From Moniliella sp. 'wahieum' (lineage: Eukaryota), in assembly GCA_003971905.1 (NCBI GenBank), contig RSEE01000089.1:1-64000 (forward strand): 64,000 bases of DNA, read 5' to 3'. Each line of letters starts with the position of its first letter. Positions within the stretch are counted from its first letter, which is position 1. The notes beneath the pieces were generated by a model. It saw only the letters and a list, made by a program, of their open reading frames with translations, did no database searches and was not told where the DNA came from. Positions 63,401 to 64,000 of the stretch are shown here, piece after piece. A program made the position numbers and the translations under genes.

Positions 63401-63645
63401 TGATAAGGCACCATATTTCAGACCTCAGAGGGTGTAGTACCCTCTGGGCCTCAGTGGCCTCAGTATCAGCCATTCCATACTCATATAATCCCTTCAAGCT
63501 TCATCTGCTTCAGTTGCCTGAGGAGTGTGTGCGGTGTGGCCTGTGCTCGTCAAATCTGCAGCACTATGACACCTTCGGCCGTTTGAGGGGTCTTGGTCTT
63601 GACGCATGAAAAGCTTGAAGCTTGATTAACTTGATCATGATCAAC
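60440..63645. repeat. Gene-free tract dense in (TNA + palindromic tetramer) 7-bp arrays
   Basis: e.g. CATG-TGA-CCGG-TGA (60442), TCA-GTAC-TCA (60692), TTA-CATG-TTA-CATG-TAA-CCGG (62319), TCA-GGCC-TGA repeatedly, AGCT-TGA-AGCT-TGA (63612). Confidence 0.75.
61099..61209. repeat. 24-26-bp minisatellite x~4.5
   Basis: Repeated AGCTTCAA(AA)GCTCTCAGATCTC(T/G)C units. Confidence 0.85.
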
Positions 63646-64000
63646 AGCGATCTGTATATCCACCCGGCCCAGTATTAATAGTTGCCATCACAAACGCTAC
63701 AGATGGCGGCGTTCAACTTGACATGCAAGGCCGTCCAATCCCGATAGTTTCGCTCCAGGGCCTCAGGACCTGGCGTGATAGTTCCGTATCTGTATCTGTC
63801 GGTCAAGTGACATGTGTTCATCGTGCACAGTCGTTGAAGCGGGACGGACGGACCCCATTCGCAGCATATAAGTAATACCCCTCACACTTAAGAAGTGTCC
63901 TCCCTGGCTAGAAGCTGCTTCCTCACAGCAACCACGACCACCCAAAGAGTTGCACCCTCCTTTCCATCCTTCTTGGAAGGTTCCTCTATGGCCGCTACAG

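Overview
Eukaryotic, GC-rich fungal nuclear DNA. It is a basidiomycete, probably a smut-lineage (Ustilaginomycotina-like) fungus, judging by an Rrm4 orthologue and short GT..CTRAC..YAG introns. Several conserved genes carry scattered single-base frameshifts, which look like unpolished long-read errors, so CDS coordinates are approximate gene spans. Recognisable genes: an HSF-domain factor, PRP28, a Gly/Ser/Asn/Tyr prion-like repeat protein missed by the ORF track, an S10 serine carboxypeptidase, a large mitochondrial PPR protein, a UNC-93-like MFS transporter, an API5-like protein, Rrm4 (3 RRM + MLLE domains), a PL14 lyase, a UBX/UAS protein, NOP58, a small mitochondrial HMG-like protein, a PQ-loop transporter, EB1 and an intron-containing tRNA-Trp(CCA). 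The gene-poor flanks (1-8.7 kb and 58-64 kb) hold four copies of a degenerate LTR-like repeat and other relics. The most striking unexplained signal is a pervasive intergenic 7-bp grammar, (TNA + palindromic tetramer)n. All 12 GC-containing palindromic tetramers occur in it, and different tetramers are chained in one register, which simple replication slippage does not explain.
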